Notes: generated by a model not told the origin, from the sequence alone. A stretch of 61,116 nucleotides of DNA from Elusimicrobiota bacterium (GCA_026388075.1 JAPLKN010000074.1:1-61116); one strand, 5' to 3'; shown: positions 12,401 through 19,798, numbered from the stretch's first letter. Translations and numbers: made by a program.

Positions 12401-15400
12401 TAATTGGTGATAGGCTGCAAGCTCTGCAAAATCACAATATGTATATGTTTCTTGATAATTCCTTTGGTCAGTTGATCCGTAATTTACTGTGGTCTGGGTT
12501 TTCTGCAGGCTTCCGTCTGTCTGTCTTTCATATTGGTAGGTTTCGGTCCTGTCTTGTGAATGATCGTACGATAAACTTGTATAATTAATCTCGCTTTCCC
12601 TTATTTCGCCATAAAATGTGTCATAGCGGTAAGTTTCTAAAACGTTTTTAGCATTTGTTCTTGTAAATAACTTTTCAACCGTCCAAATCTTCCAGCTCCC
12701 GTCTACCGCCCGGCTATAATTATAGTTTTCTGTCCTGTCTGCAGTATGATCTGCAGTATAAAAAGTGCCGTCCGATAAGTACCAATCTAAACCGCTATAT
12801 CCTGCAGATGTTTGAAGCGCGGCGCCCCATCTTGTCATGTCTTTTTCATATGCAAATGTCTTCGTGTAGCATTTGTTATAGTCCTGTAAATATAACACCT
12901 GCATCGCTAAAACTTTTAATGTCCCATCTGCCTGTCTTACAGCATCACTTGGATTTTGCGAACCCGTCTGATTGTAATGATATAACTCAGCCCGGTTTTC
13001 TGAAGCATCCATTAAATTTATGTGCGCCATACCGCCTAAAACTATCTCGCCGCTGGCTACCTGGTAACCGTAATGCTCAGTGTAGTTCCTTGCATCATTT
13101 GTGCCGTATGTAACAGTACTTTGCGTTTTCTGCAGGCTCCCGTCCCAAATAAGGTTGTATTCTCCGCCTATGAATAATCTGCTTAATGTAGGATCTAAAA
13201 CTAAACTAAAAGTATTTCCGTAGCTGTAATCCTCTCTTGTAGGCGGATCGTTTAAGTTTATCGTCCCGTCATAATTTAAGTGTTCGGTTATTTTTGTCTT
13301 TAATACTGTCTGGCCGAATTCTTGGTATCCCCCGTATATATCTATTTCGTGAACATTCTTCGTCGGATTGTTGTCATACATTATCAATGTGTCTATCTTT
13401 CTTAAACTGCCGTCCCACGCATATGTAATAGCACCGTCACTTGAACTCGTGTCGTAGTCGTAACTTTCTGTCCTGTCCTGCGAATGGTCTGCCGAAAATC
13501 CGTTTGTAGCACTGTCTAACCCCTGATGACGCATCTCGTTCATTACTAATTGTCCGTTTTGCCAATCATAAGTATAAGTGTTTATTTCTTCGTAATCCCT
13601 CATAGCAAATAATAAATAATTTACTCTAATGTCCGTCTTTTGGATACTGCCGTCCGTCTTCCTTTCATATTCATAAACTTCTATCCTGTCGTTTGACCTG
13701 TCTACATTCGTATTATTGGGGTCGTTTACATCACCTGCGTACGGTATCGCGCTATATATCATCATGCTTTGAACTACGTCACCTAACGTATTATCAAATT
13801 CGTAAATGTAGCCCTCTATTCTGCTTTGCGTCTTGTTATATGTGTAATCAAATATAACTTGCGTTTTCTTTAAGCTGTTGTCCCAACTGTATGTAACACT
13901 GTTATATATCACGCTTCTGCTATATGTGTAAGTTTCGATCCTGTCCTGCGATGTGTTTGTCCCTCTTCCGGTATGCGTCATTGAATTTTGAACGTTTTCA
14001 CCATACTGTAATTCGTATGTGTAATACTCATCATAACTTCTTTCCGTAAGCAACGTATTTTCAGTACTGTCCAAATTGATATATGTGTAATGCAGCCCTG
14101 TCTTTTGAAGGCTACCATCACCCGCTAATGATCTGCTATAATCGTATTCTTCCTTCCAGCACTGCGATTGGTCTATCAAACCATTAAGTAAGAATGTTGT
14201 TATGTGATCCTTCCCGGTCTGTACAAACTGGCCTTCAACTACACCGTAGTAATAATTCTCTATGTAGTTTTTGGCTACGTTGTAACTAATCCCGTTTGCC
14301 GAATAGTCTACCGCCGTCATAAGCTTTTGCAGTGTTCCGTTAGCTGATCTGAAATAAGTGTAGCTTTCAGTCCTTGTTTCCGAATTGTCTATTACGCCAT
14401 CATGCACCATCTGGACTAATGATAACTCCCCGTCATCTAAACTGTACACATAGCTTTCATTGTAATCTTTCTGCGTATTTAATAAATACTGCACACGTAA
14501 TCCTGTCTTTATTAAACTGCCGTCTGCTTGCCTTTGATCAAATAAATATGTTTCGGTCCTGTCGTTTGAATGATCATATACTCCGCTATATATCATTGAT
14601 GTCTGAAGCATTACGCCGTGTACTATCTCATAACCATAGATTTCAGAATAGTTTTTCCCTATATCTAAAACATAACTTACATCTAACCTTTGTTTCCTTA
14701 ATGTCCCGTCACTAAAAATATCGTAAGTTATCCCTTCAATTCTGTCCTGCGAATCGTCATAAATATAATTATATACCCTTGAATATTCTTGCCAGTTCTG
14801 ATATCCGTCAAGCCTGAAATAGTTTTGCGTTAAATCGTAATCTTTGTTGGTGTTAACGCTGTACCTCACTTGCGTTCCTGTCCTTAACACCCCCTCACCA
14901 CCGGTAAAAGGTACTCTTGTGTAAGTGTACGTTTCAACGCGGTCTTTGGACATATCCGTTACGCCTATACCGGGAACTCCTCCGCCGCCGCCGCCGGGAA
15001 TTATCGTTTGATAAGTAAAACTTCTCTGCACCATCTGGCCTACAGTGTTATCCGCCTCAAATGCGTATATCTCAGCGTGGCTTTCTAACACGTTGCCGCT
15101 TTCAGAAGTGTATTCTATGTCGCTCCTGATTTTCCTTAACACGTCATCGTAATATCTCATGTAGGTATAACTTTCTGTCCTGTCCTGGCTGTGATCCGTG
15201 TATCCGTAATAACTCATCGTCTTGATTACCACATCACTATAACTGCTTACATCAAATGTCTGGGTTATTTTATAACTCTTGGCGGTATTTATTGTGTACT
15301 TAACGTCTGTAATTGTGTTTTGTATGCTGTTATCTGATTGGGTTTGGTATGTGTAGGTCTCTACCCTGTCTTTTGAATGGTCGTTATATCCTGTTACGGT

Positions 15401-18400
15401 CTTTTTAGTAATTCTGTTTATCGAATCATCCCAGAAATTGTTAAATGTGTATTTTTCTACGTACCCGTCGTTTACCCCTGCGCCAAGTAGTATGTAGTCG
15501 TATATATCCCCGTTTACGTTTACTTGGTAAGTGTGTTCAACACCGTCCTGGTCAGTTATTACTTCAAGACCGCCTGAATTCTTTACAAAAAATTGGTTTG
15601 CGCGATAAGTTATTACCGTATTTGTTGTGTTTGTTGACTTAAAACTCTTTCCGCCAGCCGTAAAGCTTTTGTTTAATCCGATTGTAAGTTGAGCTTTTTC
15701 ACTGTAAAACGACGCTGAAGACAGTGCTGATAATATGTTGTCGTCACTATATCCGTAAATTGTTCCTTTAAAATACCAGCCGTCAATATCATCGTATTCG
15801 TTTGCGTTTATGGCTTCCCCAACTGCATACTGAAACGACGCCTGGCTGTTTATCTGCGCCTGGCTCTGCCTGCCGCCTGCACTCGGGTTTGCAAAGTATA
15901 CGTTGTCCGTGTAAGCTATTCCGTCAGTCACCTTAAACTTGCCTTGCTCTAAACTTAACTTTGCGCCTGAATAAATCCTGTAATCAGTCCCTTTAAACTT
16001 TATTACTATGTCTTGCGTTGTTACTAAATCGCCGTCGTTGTCTATCTCAAATCTTGCCAGGTTTGTTTCACTGTATTCTTTTCCTAAAGGCCCTGTCATC
16101 TTTTGTTCTGAAAGAAGATATATCTGGCCGTATGCGTTTTCTAATCCTTTAAATATGCTGATCTTGTCCCCATCATTGAAACTTAACGTAAAACTGCCTT
16201 GCGTGGTTGATATCAGCCGTTTGCCCGATCTTTCCCTCACTGAAAACTTTGATTCACCTGCCCAGTAATAGTCGTCTTTTAGTTTTATTGATTCAGTGTT
16301 TTTCCCGTTAGATATGTAGCCATCACCTGTCACCTTGAATGTAAATCCTCGTTTTATGTCAAACTTGCCGAAAAATGTTCCGGTGTCTTGGTTTGACGTC
16401 ATTGTAAACGTGCCGTGCGCCCTTGCTACTGCTGTAAGCAATGTCACCGTATCACTGGGGTTTGCCTGATACACTGTCTGAAAATTTAAACTTACTTCAT
16501 CGCCTGATATTGATTCAAATAGGTTTTCGGATACATCATATCCTGTAGCAATTTTTTTGAGGTCTTCTTTTGATATGTATGCTTGCGCGTCCTGGCTTCC
16601 TTTATACCATTGCCCGTAGTTAGTTACTAAACTGCCTGATTTTACATTGACTGCTATATCATCTATGTAAATTTTAGAACCTGCCAACGCTCTTGTTCCT
16701 ACGCCTGTTACTGCCCAGCGGCCTGCCCTTAAAGATATCACTGCTTCAGGGCCTGATACACCGTATCTGTTCCAGTCTTCGGTTATTATCCCTTTGGTCC
16801 TTACCTTATTGTGATAAAAATAGCCTATCTCGTCCTGCACTGTTGCGTAAATCTTGTCGGTTAATACCGTTATCGTTCCATCGTATTCCATACGAACGTT
16901 TATTGTCTGGTCAGGATCAAATGTTATTCCTTCACGCGTTTTTAATTTCAGGTCAGTCGTATTAAAACTAAAATACAATGTCTTTAAATTGTCATCATAT
17001 GATATGTTCGTTATCCCGGGCGCTTTACTTAAAAATGTTAAACTTGATAACCTCTGCGGAGGAAGTGTTACCTGGACGCTGTTTATGTACGTCATTATGT
17101 TTTGCCCAAATACCATCTTCGCCATTACGCCTTGATAGTCCACTTCGTTCCAGGTTGTCATGTCTTTGTTGAACGTAGAATCTTGAATTGCATAATTTAT
17201 TATTGAATTTGATAAATTCAAGCTTTTCAGTGCGTTAAATACTATTTGGTATGTTACGCTTGTCCAGGTGTTTATGTCAGTTGAAATGCCGATAAGGTTA
17301 TTGTATGTCTGCTGGATGTGTGTTACGAGGTTTGAATATCCGGTTGCAAGAAAGTCTTTTGTGCTTTGTGATATCTGAAATACGCCAGTCATGTTAAGGT
17401 TCTGTGTAAGTATGTCTATGTATGTCCCAAGTGATGCAAACTTTTGCCAGCCGGCTGAAAAATTAATAAAGTCCCCAGGATTTAAGCCTTCTAAAAATGT
17501 TTTGACTTCTTTTAAGTAGTCTTCACTAAGTTTTGATATTGAAAATAGGTTTATCGGGTTTGCTAGGATCCCTGCAAATACGGCTGCCTGTTTTATTGCT
17601 TTTTCTTTAGGATCGGATAGTCTTGGGTCTTTGGTTATGTCTAACATCAAATTAACTACAAACTTTAGTTCGTCTACGAATGAAGTAAATAAGTTCGGAT
17701 TGTATATTTCTTTGGATATTGTGTTTTGGTTTAGGTTTAATAATGCGTTGTATGTCATATCTTCGTTAATCCGTACAACGCTGTTTGTTATGTCTGCTGA
17801 ATAGACCTTGTTGTCTATTGGGCTTAAGTACCCTATTTGGCCGTTCCAGTAGACCATTCCTGTTTCAGCGTTGTATGAATACGAGTATGTAGGGAGATAT
17901 CCCCCTGTCAGGCTTTCTAGGATTGTCTTTGATACTGTTTCTTTGGCAAGACTCGCTGATGTCAGTATTACGCCGCCAAGATTGTTTATCCATTGGCTTT
18001 GCGTCATTGTCTTTTGTATGCCGTTACTATCCAAATAATATATTATGTCGTTTACTACTTTTGTAGCTGTCACATAATGGTCTTTCAAATAAAGTATTAC
18101 TTCCCCTGTCTTTAATGCTTCTTTGAGTCCTTCAATATTTACCTGGAATGCGTTTAAGATCAGGCCGTTCAGTTTTGCTACTGTCTGGATTGCTGACATG
18201 CTTGTCACTATCTGGTTTAACGCTTTGCTTTTTACTAAATCAAATGTGCCTGAAAAGATGTCCACCAAAAGCAGTGTTAAGCCAATTGTCGTTTTTTCTA
18301 GTGTATCTTTTACACCTAACAAAGTGCTTAGCGATTCTACGGCGCAGTTTATTACTGTCCCTCCGCCGGCAAAAAAATCAGCTAAAAACACATATATAGT

Positions 18401-19408
18401 TTTTAGCTGGTCTTTTGTTACGTTAGCTGTTATGTTCAGTTGCTCGGATATTGATTTTAAGATTTTGTCGGTTTGATTGCTTATGGTATCACTTGCTGTT
18501 TGCGGGTTGACCCCGTTAGAGAATATTCCTATCAATAGTTGCTGGTATATTGAAATAAAATCAGTTTGTAGTTGTATTTCGTTTCCTTGATTGGCAATGT
18601 CTTGGGATTCTCTAACGGGGTTGATCAGTTTTTGTAAAAGGTTTAATAGTTCTGGAATGGTTTGAATATTTACAAGTGCTGTTGGGGCTAGTATTGTTTC
18701 TTGCGTTGCTTGGGTTATTTCAGTTTGGGTTGTCGGGGTTTCGATTGCAGGTTGTTCAGATGTTTCTTGAATTGGTTCTGTCTGGATTGCGTTTGCGGGA
18801 TTGGTTAAAGCTTTTGCTTCGGCTGTTGGCGGTGCAGGAATTGTTTGACTTGCCAGCTCTTGCGCCTTTTTCGCTTTTTCTATTTCGTCCTTCGCGCCCT
18901 TCTTTATCATCATCACGTCTACGGGCAGATTTTTGTTCTTGAAATATTGCAGGCATGCCTGCTTTAAACCTTCGTTTCCTTCTTTTGAAAACTTGCCGTC
19001 GCCTTTCGGGGTGTATGCGCTTTCGCCGTTCCAAAAGCCTATCGGTCGCCAGGACTTTTTGTTTTGCTCTAAAACAGATATTACGCCGTTGGTTTCTACT
19101 TTAACTTTGAGTTGCGCTATTGCTGCTGGTGTGTAGGGGATGTTTGGGTTGGATAAAACGTATTCTATTCGCTCTTTGTCTTTCTTTTCTTTTTCGCCGG
19201 GTAAGTCAGTACGCGCTGCAAATGCGCTCGGGCCTAATATGTTTGTTATAAAACACACCGTAATTGTTACCGCGATTACTTTGTTTACGTAATACGCGCG
19301 TAAATAATTACGCGACATAAATATAATGTATTGACGGCAAAAATAAACCGTTTGCTTGAGAAAATCTTTTATCTTATCCATGATTTTACCCTCGCAAATA
19401 ATATTCAT
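3401..19408 (-). CDS. Giant secreted repeat protein of 5,335 aa. Order of parts: N-terminal signal anchor, T/Q/P-rich linker, C39-like peptidase-like domain, about 800 aa of beta-rich non-repeat region, then roughly 45 YD/Rhs-like units of about 55 aa.
   Basis: Single uninterrupted ORF in the track. A hydrophobic segment VIAVTITVCFITNILGPSAFA-A lies at residues 44-65. The repeat consensus read by eye is h-H-x-G-x-x-D-x-S-x-D-R-x-E-x-Y-x-Y-x-R-x-x-DGSLQK-T-x-x-x-V-x-Y..KNY-x-E-x-Y-x-Y. The more likely start is the second ATG at 19381 (MDKIKDF..), which has GAGGGT 6 nt upstream. All plus-strand ORFs inside are repeat-composition artefacts. Confidence 0.9.
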   Translation of the reverse strand: MNIICEGKIMDKIKDFLKQTVYFCRQYIIFMSRNYLRAYYVNKVIAVTITVCFITNILGPSAFAARTDLPGEKEKKDKERIEYVLSNPNIPYTPAAIAQLKVKVETNGVISVLEQNKKSWRPIGFWNGESAYTPKGDGKFSKEGNEGLKQACLQYFKNKNLPVDVMMIKKGAKDEIEKAKKAQELASQTIPAPPTAEAKALTNPANAIQTEPIQETSEQPAIETPTTQTEITQATQETILAPTALVNIQTIPELLNLLQKLINPVRESQDIANQGNEIQLQTDFISIYQQLLIGIFSNGVNPQTASDTISNQTDKILKSISEQLNITANVTKDQLKTIYVFLADFFAGGGTVINCAVESLSTLLGVKDTLEKTTIGLTLLLVDIFSGTFDLVKSKALNQIVTSMSAIQTVAKLNGLILNAFQVNIEGLKEALKTGEVILYLKDHYVTATKVVNDIIYYLDSNGIQKTMTQSQWINNLGGVILTSASLAKETVSKTILESLTGGYLPTYSYSYNAETGMVYWNGQIGYLSPIDNKVYSADITNSVVRINEDMTYNALLNLNQNTISKEIYNPNLFTSFVDELKFVVNLMLDITKDPRLSDPKEKAIKQAAVFAGILANPINLFSISKLSEDYLKEVKTFLEGLNPGDFINFSAGWQKFASLGTYIDILTQNLNMTGVFQISQSTKDFLATGYSNLVTHIQQTYNNLIGISTDINTWTSVTYQIVFNALKSLNLSNSIINYAIQDSTFNKDMTTWNEVDYQGVMAKMVFGQNIMTYINSVQVTLPPQRLSSLTFLSKAPGITNISYDDNLKTLYFSFNTTDLKLKTREGITFDPDQTINVRMEYDGTITVLTDKIYATVQDEIGYFYHNKVRTKGIITEDWNRYGVSGPEAVISLRAGRWAVTGVGTRALAGSKIYIDDIAVNVKSGSLVTNYGQWYKGSQDAQAYISKEDLKKIATGYDVSENLFESISGDEVSLNFQTVYQANPSDTVTLLTAVARAHGTFTMTSNQDTGTFFGKFDIKRGFTFKVTGDGYISNGKNTESIKLKDDYYWAGESKFSVRERSGKRLISTTQGSFTLSFNDGDKISIFKGLENAYGQIYLLSEQKMTGPLGKEYSETNLARFEIDNDGDLVTTQDIVIKFKGTDYRIYSGAKLSLEQGKFKVTDGIAYTDNVYFANPSAGGRQSQAQINSQASFQYAVGEAINANEYDDIDGWYFKGTIYGYSDDNILSALSSASFYSEKAQLTIGLNKSFTAGGKSFKSTNTTNTVITYRANQFFVKNSGGLEVITDQDGVEHTYQVNVNGDIYDYILLGAGVNDGYVEKYTFNNFWDDSINRITKKTVTGYNDHSKDRVETYTYQTQSDNSIQNTITDVKYTINTAKSYKITQTFDVSSYSDVVIKTMSYYGYTDHSQDRTESYTYMRYYDDVLRKIRSDIEYTSESGNVLESHAEIYAFEADNTVGQMVQRSFTYQTIIPGGGGGGVPGIGVTDMSKDRVETYTYTRVPFTGGEGVLRTGTQVRYSVNTNKDYDLTQNYFRLDGYQNWQEYSRVYNYIYDDSQDRIEGITYDIFSDGTLRKQRLDVSYVLDIGKNYSEIYGYEIVHGVMLQTSMIYSGVYDHSNDRTETYLFDQRQADGSLIKTGLRVQYLLNTQKDYNESYVYSLDDGELSLVQMVHDGVIDNSETRTESYTYFRSANGTLQKLMTAVDYSANGISYNVAKNYIENYYYGVVEGQFVQTGKDHITTFLLNGLIDQSQCWKEEYDYSRSLAGDGSLQKTGLHYTYINLDSTENTLLTERSYDEYYTYELQYGENVQNSMTHTGRGTNTSQDRIETYTYSRSVIYNSVTYSWDNSLKKTQVIFDYTYNKTQSRIEGYIYEFDNTLGDVVQSMMIYSAIPYAGDVNDPNNTNVDRSNDRIEVYEYERKTDGSIQKTDIRVNYLLFAMRDYEEINTYTYDWQNGQLVMNEMRHQGLDSATNGFSADHSQDRTESYDYDTSSSDGAITYAWDGSLRKIDTLIMYDNNPTKNVHEIDIYGGYQEFGQTVLKTKITEHLNYDGTINLNDPPTREDYSYGNTFSLVLDPTLSRLFIGGEYNLIWDGSLQKTQSTVTYGTNDARNYTEHYGYQVASGEIVLGGMAHINLMDASENRAELYHYNQTGSQNPSDAVRQADGTLKVLAMQVLYLQDYNKCYTKTFAYEKDMTRWGAALQTSAGYSGLDWYLSDGTFYTADHTADRTENYNYSRAVDGSWKIWTVEKLFTRTNAKNVLETYRYDTFYGEIRESEINYTSLSYDHSQDRTETYQYERQTDGSLQKTQTTVNYGSTDQRNYQETYTYCDFAELAAYHQLVMTEMSHIGLQYTDGNGNIVTDTSEDKTEHYTYGNLVDEIVSGDMNGDGDTTDTYSWDGSLRKTQTSCVYTASSQKNYIEKTAYQTIEGIAVEKQKKYIGTNDNSNDRIETYSYARSAGAATWDGSLQKVEQQVRYAVSSQKDYDETYTYKIVQGDTELAVLVHDGIYDDSESRTESYTYYLNAEDGSVQKAMMSVDYSVNGVNYNVSKNYVEYYTWGLKNVDRTIDYGQLVMLTKTHISTYELNGQVDASQNYQEEYEYGTSATITENDGTTTTYYWDGSLQRTKVSVRYSNLPYFYQDNNFYFEYWSGTFGSHRLIYTAHGTMEGSAILALLAKGATAVYDSTTGKYKLIDPASGMTYVYKDNGTDINNPDNYTLADIFWLIRHWFNKAGETVYLDHPLTTIPDDPKNYSMDIAYQNINGKVVEYKMKYTGTQDHSKDRLETYGYATSIQEYSTDLNGNGTTNDSIIWDGSLQRIQTVFDYTFNKSQNHIENTVYEYDNTLDSVVQRSMVYSGLPYSGDVNDSNNTNVDRSNDRIEFYGYTSEEDGSIQKTNTKVFYSFNIARNYEEQYTFDIGIRDGGGNIVTNYGELVMTQLRHQGLSFTVGTEIYTDNSQNRTETYIYGTDYFDGTTDYSWDGSLKKVETITVYDNDASKNVQETEVYGGLVEYGRVVLMAKITTPLNYDGSVNTSASIKREDYTYGNSFNITLDSSSPLSIGGAPVNLSWDGSLQKIQTSVSYGAADSRNYDEHYAYQIEDSEIVMTGMEHYNSVDKSENRVEIYGYERVTDGSLKINNSAVYYLTDYSKSYTKSVVYWDVNTYGSALETRITYQGLDGYLKDNTLYIADHSKDRIEDYTYTQAADGSWKTYTIDRSFTKVTTQSVRETYSYASFYGETKESQIVYEGLSSDRSQDRTETYQYERQIDGSLQRIETEASYLQEPAKSYNETYTYCNPVQLSTYHQLVMTLMVHNGLSYTEGVVTDTDTSNDRIENYTYGTSVNEAISGDLNNDGDTTDTYSWDGTLKKTEVSVEYLFSDYKNYTETTAYQNQNGQVVEYKKKHIGTNGGDTSEDRIETYNYATSLNIGGTPYAWDGSLQKTNVEVRHITYSQKDYDESYIYGIRQGDVEQITMVHDGVTDKSESRTENYTYITAADGTIQKGSASVDYSVNGVSYDVANNYVEYYTYGLKSADGTTDYGQLVQLSKAHISKYTIGGIDYSDKSQCYQEEYEYGTSATITESDGTTTPYNWNGSLQRTRVSVNYSNLADFYQTDEFDFTYNSPKSETMSGLVIQALILMGAAIVYDANGYNGKHYRLIDPASGLEYVYKGSGDYYDPNNYELATSYYYDQHAGQLTSSPIYFDHGLTKLPPNAKNYTQVIAYKNQSGTLTQYKMQHTGLVDHSQDRIETYSYGRSVGASTWDESLQKTGTQVGYTINYNKDYEENYVWGIQQGSLELISMIHDGVTDKSESRTESYTYTRVADDGSIQKDSLTVDYSANGAHYNTAKNYIESYTYGLNAGGINYNQLVMTSKTHINEYVINGTTYSDQTQCWRENYTYGTSSTISNDNSVFYHYYSWNGKLEKTRTDVTYINRDSNRTNNFELSDKNYYEVFGYGMEAGKQVLEAMMHEGSVINRSDERIETYTYGTNISEFKDEGSCTVSSGVNNVINMTEHNFSNGDLVKFSGVFTPEGIHSNYTYYIINKSDNAFQISLTFNGPAVQFTYNTATTLEAFRVIGDFNNDGDTNDTFNWDGSVQKTQTVFDYVFNKAQSRIEKYTYEYDNSIGDVVQRSLIYKQLPYSGNVNDPNNINVDRSNDRTEVYEYERQADDGSLQKTKASVTYNTYQKDNYSFIYFGCDYDTYNNQYSGTMSGETLQSLIAKGATTVYYRGSINASIVEGYRLIDSATDIDYVWNGKGYELATAANGYNANVSNGRYWKTGYYYPSGIQTSYQIRYSQVFFSNPLESLISAKNYTESYFYDLQPGQLVMTQLRHTNSVDGSQNRTEDYTYGTNCSDGVTTSYWDGSLKRTAIKITYDNNSSKNIQETDVYGGLAEFGQAVLKTKITTPLNSDGTINASGNSERQDYTYGTDIRDSNGNIIAEWDGSLQKISVSVTYGIPGFYQSNSFSFGTGQIDGTMPGEAIQVLASRGATASGAAAGFYQKLVDSASGVPYVYKGSGAFEDPSSYEAATLANGYVDVGPEPERLYMRISDSTLHGVIYFVNPILPDPKSYIENYSYDLVSGETSLIKMEHIGSVDKSEDRIENYQYVRLFDGSLKIQILQVHYTTDYNKSYRKSFSYISDAYTYGSTFELEANVIYAGIDQDGAHIADHSQDRVETYTYTQVADGSWKINTIEKNYLYTTALNSRETYSYAKFYGEIKESQVVYFDYSQYQSNRTETFSYTRQADGSLQKTQTDVIYDVNVANNYREQYLFDTFDSAGNNYHQLVMTAMIHTGLSFDVGGISYNDTSEDRIERYVYGRSVDENTSGDLNNDGDTNDTYSWDGSLQKVGVSVSYSIPPYLQQNNNFTGIYAQQAINGTITAKTIEYFINKGAVSVYESAWNSYVLRGSYNNQLYNYVYKGSGPIDDVNSYELATADNGYSSLGTAYYTKDNKTYSAMFFNVNPIKSLDPDPRSYTETIAYQNQSGEIVEYIKKHIGISDHSQDRFETYSHANSVSSAGTTFTWDGSLQKTGIQVRYTLNSQKNYDESNIYGIRQGNIKLVTMVHDGVTDKSESRTETYSYLTAEDGSIQKASVNCDYSVGATHYNIADNYTESYTYGLSSSGGTYYGQLVQLNKTHINQYTINATQYWDQSQCWTETYTYDWQTGADSSLQRTRTDVTYVNLNGITPNPGLTDKNYYEVYYYNFISGDVVQTKMVHCGLGANSSYVRSETYTYARSLQEDAITGDLNGNGSDGSAIPWDAFVWGGSLKKISTVFDDFINQFDKTQSRIEKYTYEYNASLGQVIQKSMVNKAQIIAGYANPDQSDDRIEIYTYTRQLSTDGSVHSRH
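17954..18376 (-). other. C39-like (papain-fold, bacteriocin-processing type) cysteine peptidase-like domain inside the giant ORF (residues ~345-485).
   Basis: GGGTVINC(355)AVESLSTLLG matches the xCGxAxLxMxLxxxG nucleophile motif. TSMSAIQTVAKLNGLILNAFQV matches the GTSLxGLxxAAxxLG helix. GEVILYLKDH(444)YVTATKVVNDIIYYLD(460)SNG..QWINNLGGVIL matches PxIxHWxxxHFVVLxxxxxxxxxIxDPxxG..eFxxxWxGxxL. The Cys codon is at 18344-18346. Confidence 0.6.
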
Positions 19409-19491
19409 CGTTCATCAAATAATTCCTTTTATATTCAGTTCACGTTTTCCCTATATATTAATACAAAATAGTTATTAAGAACTTAAAAACA

Positions 19492-19513
19492 ATTTGTGAA
19501 TTATTTGTGAATT
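19492..19513. repeat. Perfect tandem direct repeat ATTTGTGAATT x2, located 85-130 bp upstream of the giant gene start.
   Basis: Read directly: 19492-19502 and 19503-19513 are identical. Confidence 0.85.
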
Positions 19514-19615
19514 TTCAAATCGTTTTTAGTTATTTTTTGCAATGTTTCAACTAATAAATATATAAGTCATGATACTGGTTTTGTCAACCTTTATTTGCCT
19601 TTTTACCTTGCCGTC

Positions 19616-19642
19616 ATTCCGTCCGCCCTGGGCGGACGGAAT
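19616..19642. repeat. GC-rich hairpin ATTCCGTCCGCC-ctg-GGCGGACGGAAT (12-bp perfect stem), a member of the CGCC/GGCG mini-hairpin family.
   Basis: Perfect inverted repeat read directly. No adjacent U-tract on either strand, so it is not a classical terminator. Confidence 0.85.
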
Positions 19643-19708
19643 CCACATTTCTATTAAAGTACAGATTCCCTTTTTCAATGGAATAACGGCAAAAGACTTT
19701 ATTCATTT

Positions 19709-19771
19709 GGGGACACAAAACTTAATTCAAGTTTTTGATTAACTTATTTAATAATTAAGTATTGTGTCCCC
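19709..19771. repeat. Inverted-repeat element (family B). Arms GGGGACACAAAACTTAATT / AATTAAGTATTGTGTCCCC match 18/19, with a 25-nt loop.
   Basis: Read directly. The arm core GGGGACAC-N2-3-ACTTAATT is shared with the 30-bp arms at 26629-26750. Confidence 0.85.
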
Positions 19772-19798
19772 AAAAAACTCCCCTTCGAGGAATTCCAC

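Noticed and set aside
4412-19136. About 30 plus-strand and minor minus-strand ORFs (60-130 aa) listed inside the giant gene.
   Set aside because: All lie antisense or out of frame within one continuous 16-kb ORF. Their translations are low-complexity (Cys/Leu/Phe/Ser-rich), have no motifs or SDs, and are the expected by-product of a repetitive AT-rich coding strand.
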